A DNA stretch of 48,478 nucleotides from Trypethelium eluteriae (lineage: Eukaryota). Below the pieces are notes generated by a model, which saw only the letters and a list, made by a program, of their open reading frames with translations, ran no database searches and was not told the origin of the DNA. The DNA is taken from NCBI GenBank assembly GCA_051942245.1, contig JAVECL010000123.1, positions 1 through 48,478 of the forward strand, written 5' to 3'. Positions 25,601 to 38,147 of this stretch are shown one piece after another. The position numbers were made by a program, and so were the translations under genes. Each line of letters begins with the position of its first letter. The first letter of the stretch is position 1.

Positions 25601-26465
25601 GGAGCTCGAGGACCTGCAGGCGCAAATTGCAGAGCGGAAGGAGAGCGCGACGAGCCGACAGAGGAGAGAGGCAGAGCTGAGGACGCAGCTGCGTGAGGCA
25701 AAGAGCGAGGTCCGGACTCTGCGGTGCCAGGTCGAAGAGAGGGATGAGAAGATGCAGGTAGCGGCACAGAAGGAGCAAGATCTGAAGTCAAGGCTGCAGA
25801 AGCAGAAGAATAGCCACGCCAGCCCTCGGCATGGTGCGTCTAACGAGCTCAGAGCTCAGCTCGCGGACACGGAACTTGAGCTTGATTTCTTGCATCGGCA
25901 GATTGCCGAGCAAGATACGCGAATTTCGAAGGCACTCAAGCGGGAAGAGGAGCTACGTGCTCGGCTGAAAACTGCGAGGGTGGAGAACGGCGACACGCAT
26001 GTAATCCAGCAGAAAGACACGCGCACGCTACTGGAGCAAAAAGAGCGTACGCATGCTGGGGAGCTGAAGGGACTTGTGAAGCAGATTCAGTGGTTGCGAG
26101 CCAAGTGTGGGCGAGAGGAAGCTTTTCGAGCGGATTTGGCTTATGCCAAGAAGTTTGTCCTCATGCAGGTGCAGATGTACAATGCTTGGTAAGTGGACTT
26201 TCGCTTCTGAAGGCTGTTCCTGACTAACAGCGTGAATAGTAATAAGGCAGACTTGCGCCTCCTTGAGGACATGGGCATCACGCCAGACCATACCATCCGT
26301 GAGAAAAAGCCGACTCTACGGACAGCCGGCTGGATGGTCATCGCTACAGTGCGAATGAAGAGAATGCAAAAGACCTGGGCTTCGAATCAGCAACTGCATC
26401 AATCGTTAATGAAGAAGTTGGATGAGATGAGGAAAAGGCAAACAAAGAGGGTTTCTATTAGGTGA
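22617..26465 (+). CDS. PCP1: Spindle pole body protein Pcp1/Spc110-type (CM1 motif, coiled coil, PACT domain)
   Basis: CM1 motif LTLREQEAKLVQIDKENFGLKLKIHFLEE. About 900-aa coiled coil. PACT-like REEAFRADLAYAKKF...YNA|CNKADLRLL...LRTAGWMVIATVRMKRMQKTW. Intron 26189-26239. Confidence 0.88.
25047..25213 (+). repeat. Exact 23-nt direct repeat inside PCP1
   Basis: ggcaccccagcacgcgaacgcaa at 25047-25069 and 25191-25213 (144-nt spacing). Both copies encode GTPARER(N). Confidence 0.9.
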
Positions 26466-26695
26466 TGATGTTAACGAAAGTGATTTGGAGTCAATCGTTT
26501 GCATAGAGTCCAGCGCAAGCATCGCTTGGAGTATTTTAGGACGGCTTGGAGTTTGTTTAGATACTATGTTTACGGCATCGTTCTACAGAACGTCGAGACA
26601 TCAATTTCATCAATTTCACAAGGGTTGTAGCAACCACGCTCTGAACCAACCCGCCGCAGTAGAGTAGGCCCATTAGACCCTGGAATTAGCCACTG

Positions 26696-26840
26696 ATTGC
26701 GTCACTGGTAAACCAGAAGACGCGATAAGACTGACCCCAGAGCCCGGTGGTGCCCTTAGCCACACCCTCTCCAAGACAGCTTATCAGCCAGAGGCCTTAC
26801 ACCGCCTTGGGCACACCGTATTGGTCGGGGGGAGGGGGGA
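26696..26840 (+). other. Unidentified structured GC-rich intergenic element (candidate ncRNA or repeat relic)
   Basis: Nested stems attgcgtc/gacgcgat, ctgg/ccag, ctgacc/ggtcgg and cggtggtgccc/gggcacaccg, followed by G6-A-G6. Confidence 0.3.
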
Positions 26841-27135
26841 AAGCATGCAGGTGTGACTGAAGTTATTCTATCGCGGAGATTACAGAGTTTCAAAGAAGGA
26901 TCTCGCTTTGTACTCCACCTTGTCTCGCGAATCGAAATGTTGAAATTGTGATGAAATTGGTCATCAATGGAAAAAAGGCCGTACGCATGGGAGAAGACGG
27001 GATTTGATGAAGGATGTCAAGCATGACCTTGACATTTGGATCGACTGGGTATAATTCTATTATATACTGTTAGAGAGCAACCCCTCCAGAGAGTACGAAA
27101 TTGAGAGGGTGCATCGTGGTGGGGGGGTAAGGATT

Positions 27136-29197
27136 TCAATGAGCGAACCCGACACGCCTTGGAGGCTTCTGCTCCGTTGCATTGCCTCCCATAGTATCCA
27201 GCATCCGGTTGACGCCACCCAAATCCAACTCTTCCCGTTCGAGGAGCGTTTGATCTATATCGTCCATCATGATATCTCGGGTGATGGGTTTGAGAGCCTG
27301 AATGGGCATTTGTCGTAACGTTTCAGCTTCCTTGGTAATCAGCGTCAACCGATGTTCACCGACGAGGAGTAATTCTGGTAATCCAGTTGGAGGGAACCCT
27401 GGGCCAGGCAATTGCTCAACACCATTGCAGCGTTCCCCCTGCAGTTCCAAGGTTTCTACTCTAGGAAAAGCTGCACCGTGGGATGTGGTAGTATTTGTTT
27501 GACTTGATGAATTGCGCTGCCAGTAAGTCTTAAAATTGGTAATCGCATAGACGTGATTGTTATACCACATCAGCAGTCTCTCGTCTGATTCAGCAGCTGA
27601 GTCGCTGACTAGCATGACACGAATGCCGCCACCGGTCGCATATCCGCTGGCAGAGGAGCCAGTCAGAAAGTCAGCGGATCGTGATTTTCGAGTATTAGGG
27701 GTGGCAGGTGTCAAGCCTCTATTCCTCGAGTTGCTGCGATTGTTGGGATCTTCTGATGAAACAAGAAACCCATGCATGGTGAATTGCACGACGGCACCGC
27801 CGATAACCAAGGAGTCCGATCTTGATATAGTGTTGCGTAGACACCAAATTCCCCATTCACCGTCTGCAAGTAAGACAATGATAGCCCTTGAGTTGAGAAT
27901 CCATTGGGCATCAATGACGCGTTTTCTATGGGCCACATCGGAATTCGAGCCAGGGAGTCTTCTAGTATCAAAGCCTGGGAGAAACGATGCCAGCCAGGTG
28001 CCCGACGGTTTGTCATTATTCTGTCTCCGAGACCCAGGACTCGTAATCACGGCTGGTGAAGTAAATGGGTCATAAATCTTAACACAGCCATTGCGGTCAA
28101 GCGCAAGAAGCTGCACCGGTGACTGGGAGTGAATATGCGAAGCCGAAAAGGACAGCAAAGAGAGTGGACACCGGAGATACTCATCTCGAAGAGGCTGAGT
28201 TGACACCGATGATCCGTCTGGAAGGCTCCCGCCGTCTTTGTCAGGAATCAGAGGCACACTGTGAATCAAAAGCATGCCGAAGTATTGTGCGGAATGCGAG
28301 GCGACGAGGATCTGCCAATCCGGACGCTGTACATCCGTCGAAGCAGTATGAGCTTTGGGAGACCTTGTCCTCAATCTCGTCGCATCTGTCTCAAGTTCCA
28401 TATCATCTTCATCTTCACTTTCATCCTCATGGTCTTCTTCATCATCCTCGTCTTCGGCTTCATAGGGTTTCCATGTCAGAGAAGCACAATTAATGTCTTC
28501 TTGATGTTGTAGTGGTCCCCCTATCGAAAAGGTTTGTTCGCCTATGTGCTGCTGGGCCTTTGCCGAGTGGGACGGAGGTATTAGTGGGACAGAGACGAGC
28601 TGCACTGAGAAGTCAGAGCAGATTGCCGCCACTAAAATTTTCTTCGAGAAGAATTTCGGCAAATGCTCCGGAAAGTGAGATTGTGAACTGGGAGGTATAG
28701 GTGGTAAAGTAATGTCTATTACTTCAGGACCAAGCATTATATCGTAGGACTGCACTATCGGCGGAGATGGGTGTGAAGGGTCGTATTCTTCTTCTACATG
28801 CTCGAATTCTGCTTCTTCAATTTCAGGCCTATGCTTTTTCGTTGATTGTTGTGGTTCTTCGTCGTCAGAATCAATGACAATGACACCCTGAGACGCTCCA
28901 TTAACCTTGGGAGGCGGCGCTGTTTTGTGCTGTAGATGCGGGCCCGATGACTTCTTGAGAGGCTTACCGCCTCTCCAAAGTATACGAATGCCCGATCGAT
29001 AACCGTACAGAATGATATGTGAGCCATTTGGGGCAGAGACCGGATAGACTTTTGCACAGGTAAGCCGGTGGGGAAGGTCATAGCTATAGCTCAAGTAGTC
29101 AGTATTGACTCGATCACTAAAGGGGGGTAGACTCTGAAGACCTAGCATAAAGTTTGCCTTGCTTTTGCGACACTCTTGGTTGTGAATTAGACGCCAT
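27136..29197 (-). CDS. NUP37: Nucleoporin Nup37-like beta-propeller protein
   Basis: YDLPHRLTCAKVYPVSAPNGSHIILYGYRSGIRILWRGG and RKRVIDAQWIL...LLADGEWGIW resemble Pezizomycotina Nup37. Likely ATG at 29197 with intron 29084-29141; an alternative unspliced ATG is at 29148. Confidence 0.7.
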
Positions 29198-29591
29198 TTT
29201 GTGGAAGAATGTCAGAGGATATCGAGGAGACCGCGACGACGCCAATTAGGCAAGACTCGACCTCAACCCCAGAACATGAGCCAAATAGAAACAAACAGCA
29301 CGGCAAGATTCATCGAGAACGTGGCATATAGACGTAAAGGTGGTCTGGGTACGAGTAAACTAAAATAAAGTCCGGGCGCAGCTACCTAATAAAGTGCGGT
29401 GATGTAGTTGATTTGTGAGAAGGAGCGAGCGGGAGTGAGCTGTGGGACGCGCGACGCGACTCTGTCGTGTCTGTTTTCACACAAGTGGTCCTGCACCGAC
29501 CAAGTGCTCCACCACTTGCATCACAAACTTGAAGCCTTCAAGCTGTTGTTGCAGCGATGCGAGATCTACGAAGACGGTCGACGGTTGCCTC

Positions 29592-32500
29592 ATGGCGAGT
29601 GTCGTCTCCTTGGGTGTTCACACACCCTCGGCTTTACCGTTCTTAGTTGCGGAGGGAATCCTACCTCAGGATCCTTCACCAAATCAATACCAATGGCGCG
29701 TTTACGGAGACGATGAGGATGACATCAATGCCCCCAAATTTGACGAGGTCGTATTCACTGACGATTGTGTGGTTTGGTCTCGCGGCGACGTTGTCCAGAA
29801 GATTTTCAAATTCGAAGTCGAGAAGCAGAAGATTCATGATGCAGTCCTTACATGGTTCAAATCGGCAGAGGTCCCCGAATCGGGCTTTGAATCGAATCCT
29901 AGTTCTCAGCGTGCCAGTTCTCAAATCCCCAAGAAGGATTCAGCTCTCAAGTCCACTGGCAAAGGAAAGAAGCCACCCAGAAAGAGCTTCACAAGCAACT
30001 ATGCGACATGGCGGCAGTACGAATTCAGTAGTCCTCGCCCTCTTAGCGGAAAACGTGTTGGGCAAGCTCAGGCACTGGTTGTGATCTTACGTTCTCAAGC
30101 ACATGTCTTCTTCCTCTCAGGGACGAGTCATGTGGTTAATGTACCCTTTGAAGTGGAAAAAGCATTGCCTTCACCATGGGGCTTATTTTTACAGAGAAAA
30201 CTCCCTGTTAAGAACTCTCCGCAGACTGCTTTACCTTTGCCACCAGTACCTCATAATTCCTTCCTGGCACCACAGCTCCAGTCTAGCCAATCTAGTCAGT
30301 CCAGCCTGAGTACGCCAAAACCCCGGACTTCTAAATCTCCCATGCTCCAATTCGCCGGTCCTACTACAGGTTCAACGCCAAACGTCAAAGACAACGTACC
30401 TCGACTGTTTACTCTTACTGATCCCTTAACTGAGGTCGGCCTGGTCGTTTGCGAAGCATCGTTCTCGGATTCATCGAATTCGACGTTTAGACGCAGGGGA
30501 CCAAAACCTCCATACGAAGCATTGAGTATTTCCGAAGAGATTGTTTTCACATCCACATCAGATGAGATCTCGGACGTCGCCGGACCAAGACGTGATCCTT
30601 TAATCTTCGTGGTGACTCTCAACAGAAACGCGGGTGTATACACGGTTTGGTATGCTTTGCACAGAGATTCGAGGCCACTATCGTCTCTAAAGCCGACTCT
30701 CGCATCGTCGTTCACTGAATCGACCTCGAAACGTCGGAGTTCATTCAATCCAGGGGCGGGAACAGGTACAACTACGCCTGCCATAAGAGTTCGGGACAAT
30801 GCGAGAGAAAGCTTTGCAGCAGACCAGCGGCTTGGCGAGCCTTCCATTTCCGCAACCCAGCGAACTGCGCCTGGAGAAAGTGCATCCCAGTCGCAATCAT
30901 CGCAAAATGCGGAAGATGCATTTGCCAGTCAAGTTGATCCTGATTTTCAGGGCCCACGGAATCCAGCGCGTGAATCAAGACGAATCAGTTCCTTCATCTC
31001 TAGAGCCGATCTCTCCACTGGACCGGAGAGATCCAACTTTGTTGACAGCTCCAAAGGCCAAGCTCAATCTGGAGCCAGCTCAGCAACAGTTGGACGTAGA
31101 GGACAGTCGTTGGGCGGGCAGCACGAGCGTAAAAGCTTCGGCGGTTTAAGCTCGATAAGGAGTCGGGCTTCCACGCCTGGTAGCAGCTCAAGGCCCAGCT
31201 TCTTGGATGACGATCTCGCTTTAAATGACCAGAAGGGACTAGCTCCAGACTTCCTCGCGACGGATTTTGGTTCCCTCGAATTTCAAGAGCCACTCGACAC
31301 TCTGCCAAAACAGGTCGCTCTCGTCAAAGTTCAAACCATCCTTATGAATGAATTAGGCTTGAATTTTAGTCAAAGCTCTGGTGTGGACCGCAACATTAAT
31401 CCAGACGTGCACGTCCTGGTTGTCCAAGCTCCGAAGCCGAAGCCTATGGATGCGACAGACAATCATGGAATCGACATGTATATTCTTGACAGAACCACGC
31501 AGGAGTTGGTAGTCGTCGGCCTCACCTTAACCACTGCTCCTTACCGAGCTATCTTTCTGGAAAAGAATGCAAAGCAACATCTTAAAGGAGAGCGTCATGT
31601 AATAGTCCCGGAGTTCGAAGGAGTCCAACGCTTCCAAGGGTGCCAAGACATCGCAAGACTTCGGACGTCAGCTGCTACAACCATTTTATCTCTCTGCAAA
31701 AGAGAGTCGGAATTAGATATATGTCTCCAAAATTCCAATTTGCTTGACAATCCTTTGAGATTGGCCAGAAATGCTCTGAAGCTGTTCAACCCGTTCAGTC
31801 TTGCGCCCTCTCTTTCGCCTTCACGCCGTGAAGCTGGTTTGAAGCGGACCATACAGCCTCCAGATATCCTGTTCTTACGGAATCCTCATTCTGATGGCTC
31901 AGTGGACCTTCAAGACCGAGATGGCTCGTATCACAGGCTCCAAATTGGGCTTTGTCCTCGAAGTGATGTATGGGACAGGGTTCTGAAGACAGCTCAGTAT
32001 ATTCTGCCAGTGGATGAAGCCGAAAGTATAAGACTATTCTGGTGCGCTGCCCATAACTGGCTGATGGGCAATAAAGAGCGCGTCACGGACGTGGAGTCGA
32101 CTGCAACATGTATCACATTGTTCAGCATGTTCGTCGACCGCGTGAGGTCTCAAGCACGGAAACAGCCTGGCTCTTCACAAGCAGGAGTATCGAGACATTC
32201 TGCTGAACATCGTCGAGATATGTCTCAACAATTCGGAAAGACAGACAATTCATGGTTACTTATGATGGCTTCTGATTTTCAGCATGGTAAGACTAGTAAT
32301 TTTAATGAGGCTGCTTGGGGCTGGGCTGTGGAAAGTGCCAAACACCCTCCTATGTCTTTTCGAAGCCCTGCGAAGTCAACAAGAGCTGCCGACTCGACAT
32401 TCTTGGACAAGAACCCTGTCATCGTGGAAGCTATAGGTTTAGCGCGTAGGTTCTTAGCTGAAGATGACTGGGCAAAGGCTATAGCTGCAAGGGCAGGCTG

Positions 32501-35500
32501 GACTGGTCCAATTGGCGGGGATGAGCTAAAACATCGACATACAATCAATAGTGTCCTGGTCCAGGGTCTTCATTTGGTGAGGGAGGAGTCCAAATTGAAC
32601 GTGCTTATGAAAGGCAACGGAGGTGGTCAGATTCAACTTCTTGCGCTTTTTATAGCGCAGATGGCGCATTGGCTTGGCTGGCAGTCCTGGAGCTGGCGTA
32701 TTGGTGATTACTATGAGCTCGAAGGCGCAAGACTGTCCGAGTGGGCTTTTGGTGACTGTAAGCATACCTCCCTCAATTTGCAGCCCTTTTCCCATACTTT
32801 CTACAAGTTTTCACAATAACATTGTGCTCAACCGATCTGAAAAAATGTCTTCAAACACGACCTTGTAATGCTTCTGTAACGTTGTTAACATCAGGTCAGC
32901 GGCCAGGACTTTCGAGGCTCTTGATCCGCCATCTGGCGAACCCCCTTCGATTCTCAAATGGATTGAAGACATGTCAGCAGGAAGGACATCAGAAGCTTAT
33001 CCTACACTGGAGAATCTTCGAGATTCTGTTCGGCCTTCGACCAGAAACCTGACGGGCTCATCATCGAGCAGATTCCCAACTGCAAAATCCATCAATCCTC
33101 GTTCTCAGGCAATCATTAGCTACCTGACAGATGTGGAGCTGAAGAATGTAACGAGTTTCATCCACGTTCAGAAGATGATGGAATATGGTATCGATGCGAA
33201 AGTGCTAGAAACGCTCCCAATAGGCATCGCTGCCCCCTTACGAGAGCACATAATAGCCTGCCAGGCCAGTCCACCCACTACCTGGAGCGAGGACCTGTTG
33301 CGATTAATCGGCCGTGAAGACCTTCATTTGTTGGCGGCTGAGAAATTGGCTCGGCAACCTGATACAGTGACCGTTTCCGTAAGTCTGCTGTGTGTCAAGG
33401 CGGTATTTTCCATTGACAACATTAGGAAAATTCGACAAGTGTTGCATCGGACATGCGTAGCATCTGCCGATCCGACGATCATCATGAGCCACGCCGTTCG
33501 CCTTGGAAAGAGACTTATGCCATCAGTCGACTCATATTCAACGAAGATAAGCGTCACTCAGAGGCGAGCGACATTCTTGAGCCTTACAAGCCTTCCGTGG
33601 CGGAATGTCGGCCAAACCCCCAGTGGTCTGAAGCCCAATACCTGGAGGCACAGAAAGAAGTCATGCAATGGGTAATGGTTCGCACAATTGCACTTTATCC
33701 AGGCTCAGCTATGGTACACTTCGATAGTACGCATCCAATGCCCACAGAAAAATTCTTTCTGCCCGGTTTCTCGACACAGTGCATCATGAAGCCTTTGAAC
33801 ATTACCGTAAGCGCGGACCGAGTAAGCCTAACCGAGGAAAAATTTAGCTGGGCATTCTTTCACGCTGGTGTTGCGAAAGGACTGAGTATAGCTCTAGATG
33901 CTGAAGGAATTGACACTTCTTGGATTGTATTCAATAAGCCAGCCGAGCTGATGAACCGACATGCTGGCCTGCTGCTTGCTCTTGGGCTTAATGGTCACTT
34001 GCGGCCGATGGCGAAATGGCTTGCTTTCAAATACTTAACACCCAAACACACTATGACCTCGATTGGATTGCTGCTTGGTCTCTCAGCTTCGTTTCTTGGC
34101 ACGACGGATCAGCTTGTCACTCGCTTACTCTCAGTCCATGTGACAAGGATGCTTCCTGATGGAGCAGCCGAACTTAATGTATCGCCCATGACACAGACAG
34201 CAGGCCTAATGGGCATCGGTCTTCTCTATTATGATACCCAGCATCGACGAATGAGCGAGATTATGTTATCAGAAATTCGACATATTGAGTTCGAGGACCC
34301 CATGTCCGGCTCTCCAGATGTTCTTCGAGACGAAAGCTACCGGCTCGCTGCTGGGTTCGCTTTAGGCTTGATCAATCTAGCCCAAGGAAGAGATCTCCGA
34401 GGCCTCCACAACATGGGTCTTGTTGATCGACTCCTTGAGGTTGTCAAGGAAGACAAACCTAGAGACGCTATTCACATCATAGATCAAGCTACGGCAGGAG
34501 CCACAATCGCCATCGGTCTTATTTTCATGAGAACCGGGGATGCTGCTTTGGCAAGAAAAATCGGTGTTCCAGACACGCTGCCTCAATTTGAGACCATCAG
34601 GCCGGATCAATTCCTCTTGCGCACCCTGGCCAAACATCTCATCATGTGGAACAACATTAGAGCTGATCGGCAGTGGGTCAAACAGAATATCCTGGAGGAG
34701 TACAAGTCGATGACCGACTTATCTACGATATACTCGCTGAAAAGCGACCACATGCCTTTTTTTAATATACTTGCTGGTCTGCTTTGGAGCATCAGCTTAA
34801 AATACGCTGGAAGCGGCGATATCAAGGTCCGTGACTTCCTGGTGGGATACCTGGATCAGTTCATCCGCCTCTGCAAGCTTCCAGCTCTCCATTATGACGC
34901 GCGTCTTGCCCGAACTACTGTCCGCAATTGTCAGGATCTTCTTGGTCTTGCTGCGGCAACCGTTATGGCTGGCCGTGGCGACCTAATCGTCTTTCGCCGC
35001 CTTCGCCTCCTTCACGGTCGTGTCCATGCAGATACGCCCTACGGATCGCATCTCGCCGCTCACCTCGCCCTCGGCGCCCTCTTCCTCGGCTCAGGACGCT
35101 ACACGTTCGGAACGTCTAAACTCGCGACCGCAGCCCTCATCTGCGCCTTCTACCCGCTCTTCCCCAACAACGTCCTCGACAACCGCGGCCACCTCCAAGC
35201 CTTCCGCCACTTCTGGGTCTTCGCCGCCGAAGCCCGCTGCCTCGTCATCCGCGACGTCGACACCCACCGCGCCATCCCCCTCCCCATCATTGTCATCCAG
35301 CGATCGGGCACCACCCTGCACCTCAACGCTCCGATCCTCCTCCCCGAGCTCGACACCATCGCCCAGGTCAGGACTAACTCCCCCCACTACTGGCAGGTCA
35401 CGCTCGACTTCGCGGCGAACCCGGAGCACCTGGCTGGCTTCCGCCGTAACCAGACTGTCTTTGTTCGGCGACGGCCCGCGGGCGAGGTGCATGGCAGCGC

Positions 35501-35900
35501 GTTCCATAATGCGTTGGTGGCGCTGAATGATGCGCAGAGCGCGCAGGGGGCGAAACAGATGTGGGACTATATCTTCGAGCTCCCGGTGTTTGCGTCGTCG
35601 AAGCGGTTTTCGGTGGTTGCGTTCGATCGTGCTGAGTGGGGGTCGGTGTTACCCACGGATCCGCACAGTAGTGTCAATTTAGAGATGAAGGGGACGGTAG
35701 TAGATACGAGGCTGTCGCTGAGTAGGAGTGTGGATGGATGGGAGAGGGATGAGCTGATACAGTTGAGGATGTTGTTTACGTGGGCGGAGAAGATGATGGT
35801 GGAGGAAGGGGGGAGACTACGGTGGTTGGGGAGAGAGGTGGTACAGGGTCTGAAGGCCAAGGTTGCGATGCGGGTTAAGGAGCTAGAGTCGGAATCGTGA
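29592..35900 (+). CDS. APC1: Anaphase-promoting complex subunit 1 (BimE/Cut4)
   Basis: MASVVSLGVHTP start. PC-repeat motifs HAGLLLALGLNGHL, ESYRLAAGFALGLINL, and DNRGHLQAFRHFWVFAAEARCL. Introns 32758-32899 and 33379-33425. Confidence 0.95.
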
Positions 35901-36346
35901 ATGATTCTCAAGCCCTGGGAGGAGAAAATATTTTTCAGGCTGCTACTGGGGTTGATGAAATAATGATTGATTGTTTCACAAATGGCATTATTTCTTGCAT
36001 TAGAAGTCGGCTCATTGATTTGAGGGTTGGGCTTTGTCGCCTTCATATTAATTCGTAAATTAGTGGCATTGCATGATAAAAGGACCCCTATGTGAAGCAG
36101 TCGACGCGATTTCCTTCAATCTATAATTATCTAAAGGCTAGTCGCAATTCAGTGCGAATCCATCCTGCTAAAGTGGTATGGTCGAAGACACTTCAGGGTT
36201 AACCCCCAAGCCAAAAAGGGCCTGAGGCGGGAAATAAACCATCGTCTTGGGTTTAAAGACCAAGGCTTTTTAATTCGATCTGCATATTCCGCGAGGAACA
36301 TTGCAGTAGACTTTTTAAGCATTACGTACGTGACTAGTTAGTTACT

Positions 36347-38147
36347 CTAATGAGCCGGTCTCAGGTCCACAATCTCAAAATCCAAACCTTTCGCCTCAAA
36401 GACGTGTCCCGGCCTCAAGGCATCCGTATATATATTCGCCTCTGCATGCGGATGGAAAATACCCGTCTGCTTGCAACTGAGCACCGTCTTCAATCCCGGT
36501 GGATCTGTGAGTCTAAAGACACCCCAGCTATTGCACACGTCAGCGCGGTTTCGCTTACACTCGAGTAGATGGGGAGTCAAGTAAAACTTACCTCGGATCT
36601 TTACTCGGCGCACACACGATGGCAATGCTCTCCGGCATCATGACTTGGTAGGCACTATGCGTATGCAGATCACGACTGCTCATGAAACACGTCTGGGTTG
36701 GATGGGTATGAATCCAGCCGAGCACCATCAGCTCCTCGCGATCGCAATAATCGAAGAGCGCGCTCTCGTTCACCATCTCGCACGTGTCGCTCGTGCTCTC
36801 TTGTTCCGGGATCACCAGCTTGCTCACAAAAAGTGCGTTCGAGATCAGGGTCCCGCACAAGAAGCCGCACGTCTCAAGATTGCGTGCTGTGTTGGACGCT
36901 GCGATTGAAATGAACGAATGTCGCAGTTCTGGAGGCAGGAAGATGGTGCGTAAAGCGGAACCGTTCTCAAGGTAGGCGGCGGGTTTGAAGCTGTAGCTTG
37001 GTGGGGAGAGGTCTGGGCCGGTGGTGGCAGAGGTAGAGTGTGAATCTGGGCCGGATTCGTCTGATTCGGTGGATTTCGCAGGGATTGGGGGAGGCCGTGT
37101 GTCGATGGAGAGAGATGGTTGGCGTTGGGTCGGCTTTGGAGGTAGCTTCGGGGGAGCGTCGGCGCTTAGTTCGGCTGGAGGAGGAGGTAATGGTGGAGGA
37201 GATTTGGGAAAGACGGGCTCGGCGGGAAGCTCCTGGATGATGGGAGTGTCTCCAGGAAGCTCAAAAAGGGTAGGGGGCTGTACTGCAGGATATCGATATG
37301 TGCTGGCTCGTGGTGTTGCGCTATCGACACTGGACGAGCCTTTGAAATGCCGAGGACTCTCCACCCGCCGTCTTGTATCGATGATCTGTTGACTCAAATC
37401 ATCCACGCTATTTGATCGCGTTGTCTTGGTGACAAGTTCGTCTTCCCATTGTGACCAAAGTCCTCCAGTCCTCCGATCTTGCTCCTCTTCTGGAGATAGG
37501 CCTGCCTGCCGAACCGCTCGACGAGCAACGTCTCTGCGCTTGATTTCCTTCTTTGCAATTTTGACTGCGAGGTCACGGTTTGCACCTGCATCTAGCGACC
37601 GCTGATTGTTATCGTCAAACCAAGAGCCTGAGCCTTTCCGTGCTAATGAAAGTCGTCCCATGTCTTCCGATATCCCGAAGCCATCGACCTGTGCAGTGTG
37701 CCGCTTCGATAGTTCTGCCTGTCTCTCCTGCCGCTTTTTGAGCGCTTCTTCATATCCTGTATAGCGCTTATTGATTCTAGGCTTCAATGTCTCAAGCCTT
37801 TCAAGATTTTTGACAACCGTTCTTCGAGCATCTTTTAAAGCAGCTTCCTGCTCGTGCGCTTGAGGATGATGGGGTAGCTTTCCCAGCACTAGGTCTGCTT
37901 TTCGAAAGAGGAGCTCGTAAGCTTTCTGATCGTCGCCCTCTCGTTCATAGATGTCCGCCTGGAGGTGAATTAGCATATACATCATTGGGCAGAAGTTGTC
38001 AGATTTGACCTGTCTTTGCATAGCATCTGCTGTCCGCAGCCAAGAAAGCATGGGAGTGAGGGTGTTGTAGTCGAATTGCTGAGCTCTCGATACAATTTCC
38101 TCCACTTTCAAAGGCCTCACCATGGTTGGCTGCTTCGTAGTTGACAT
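36347..38147 (-). CDS. AMSH/STAMBP-like JAMM deubiquitinase
   Basis: LETCGFLCG and GWIHTHPTQTCFMSSRDLHTH (JAMM motif). N-terminal MIT/USP8-dimerisation-like helical domain. Introns 37959-38009 and 36528-36591. Start at 38147, or possibly 38186. Confidence 0.9.

Noticed and set aside
26805..26830. Minus-strand CGACCAATACGGTGTG resembling the 5' end of fungal 5S rRNA
   Set aside because: Similarity stops after about 15 nt, and the internal A/C box and 3' half do not match.
32758..33453. Apparent frameshifts splitting APC1, ARP4, GUP1 and other genes into several ORFs
   Set aside because: All are resolved by GT-AG introns with branch sites. There is no need to invoke pseudogenes or programmed frameshifting.
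29592..35900. Possible mating-type locus neighbourhood, because an APC subunit is present
   Set aside because: MAT-flanking genes are typically APN2, SLA2, APC5 and COX13. This gene is APC1, and no HMG or alpha-box gene is seen.
36205..36225. Minus-strand GGCCCTTTTTGGCT resembling U2 snRNA stem I
   Set aside because: No GTAGTA branch-recognition sequence or Sm site follows.
36236..36290. AAACCAT and ATATTCC resembling snR30/U17 m2 and m1 motifs
   Set aside because: They occur in the reverse order to snR30, and m1 is incomplete.
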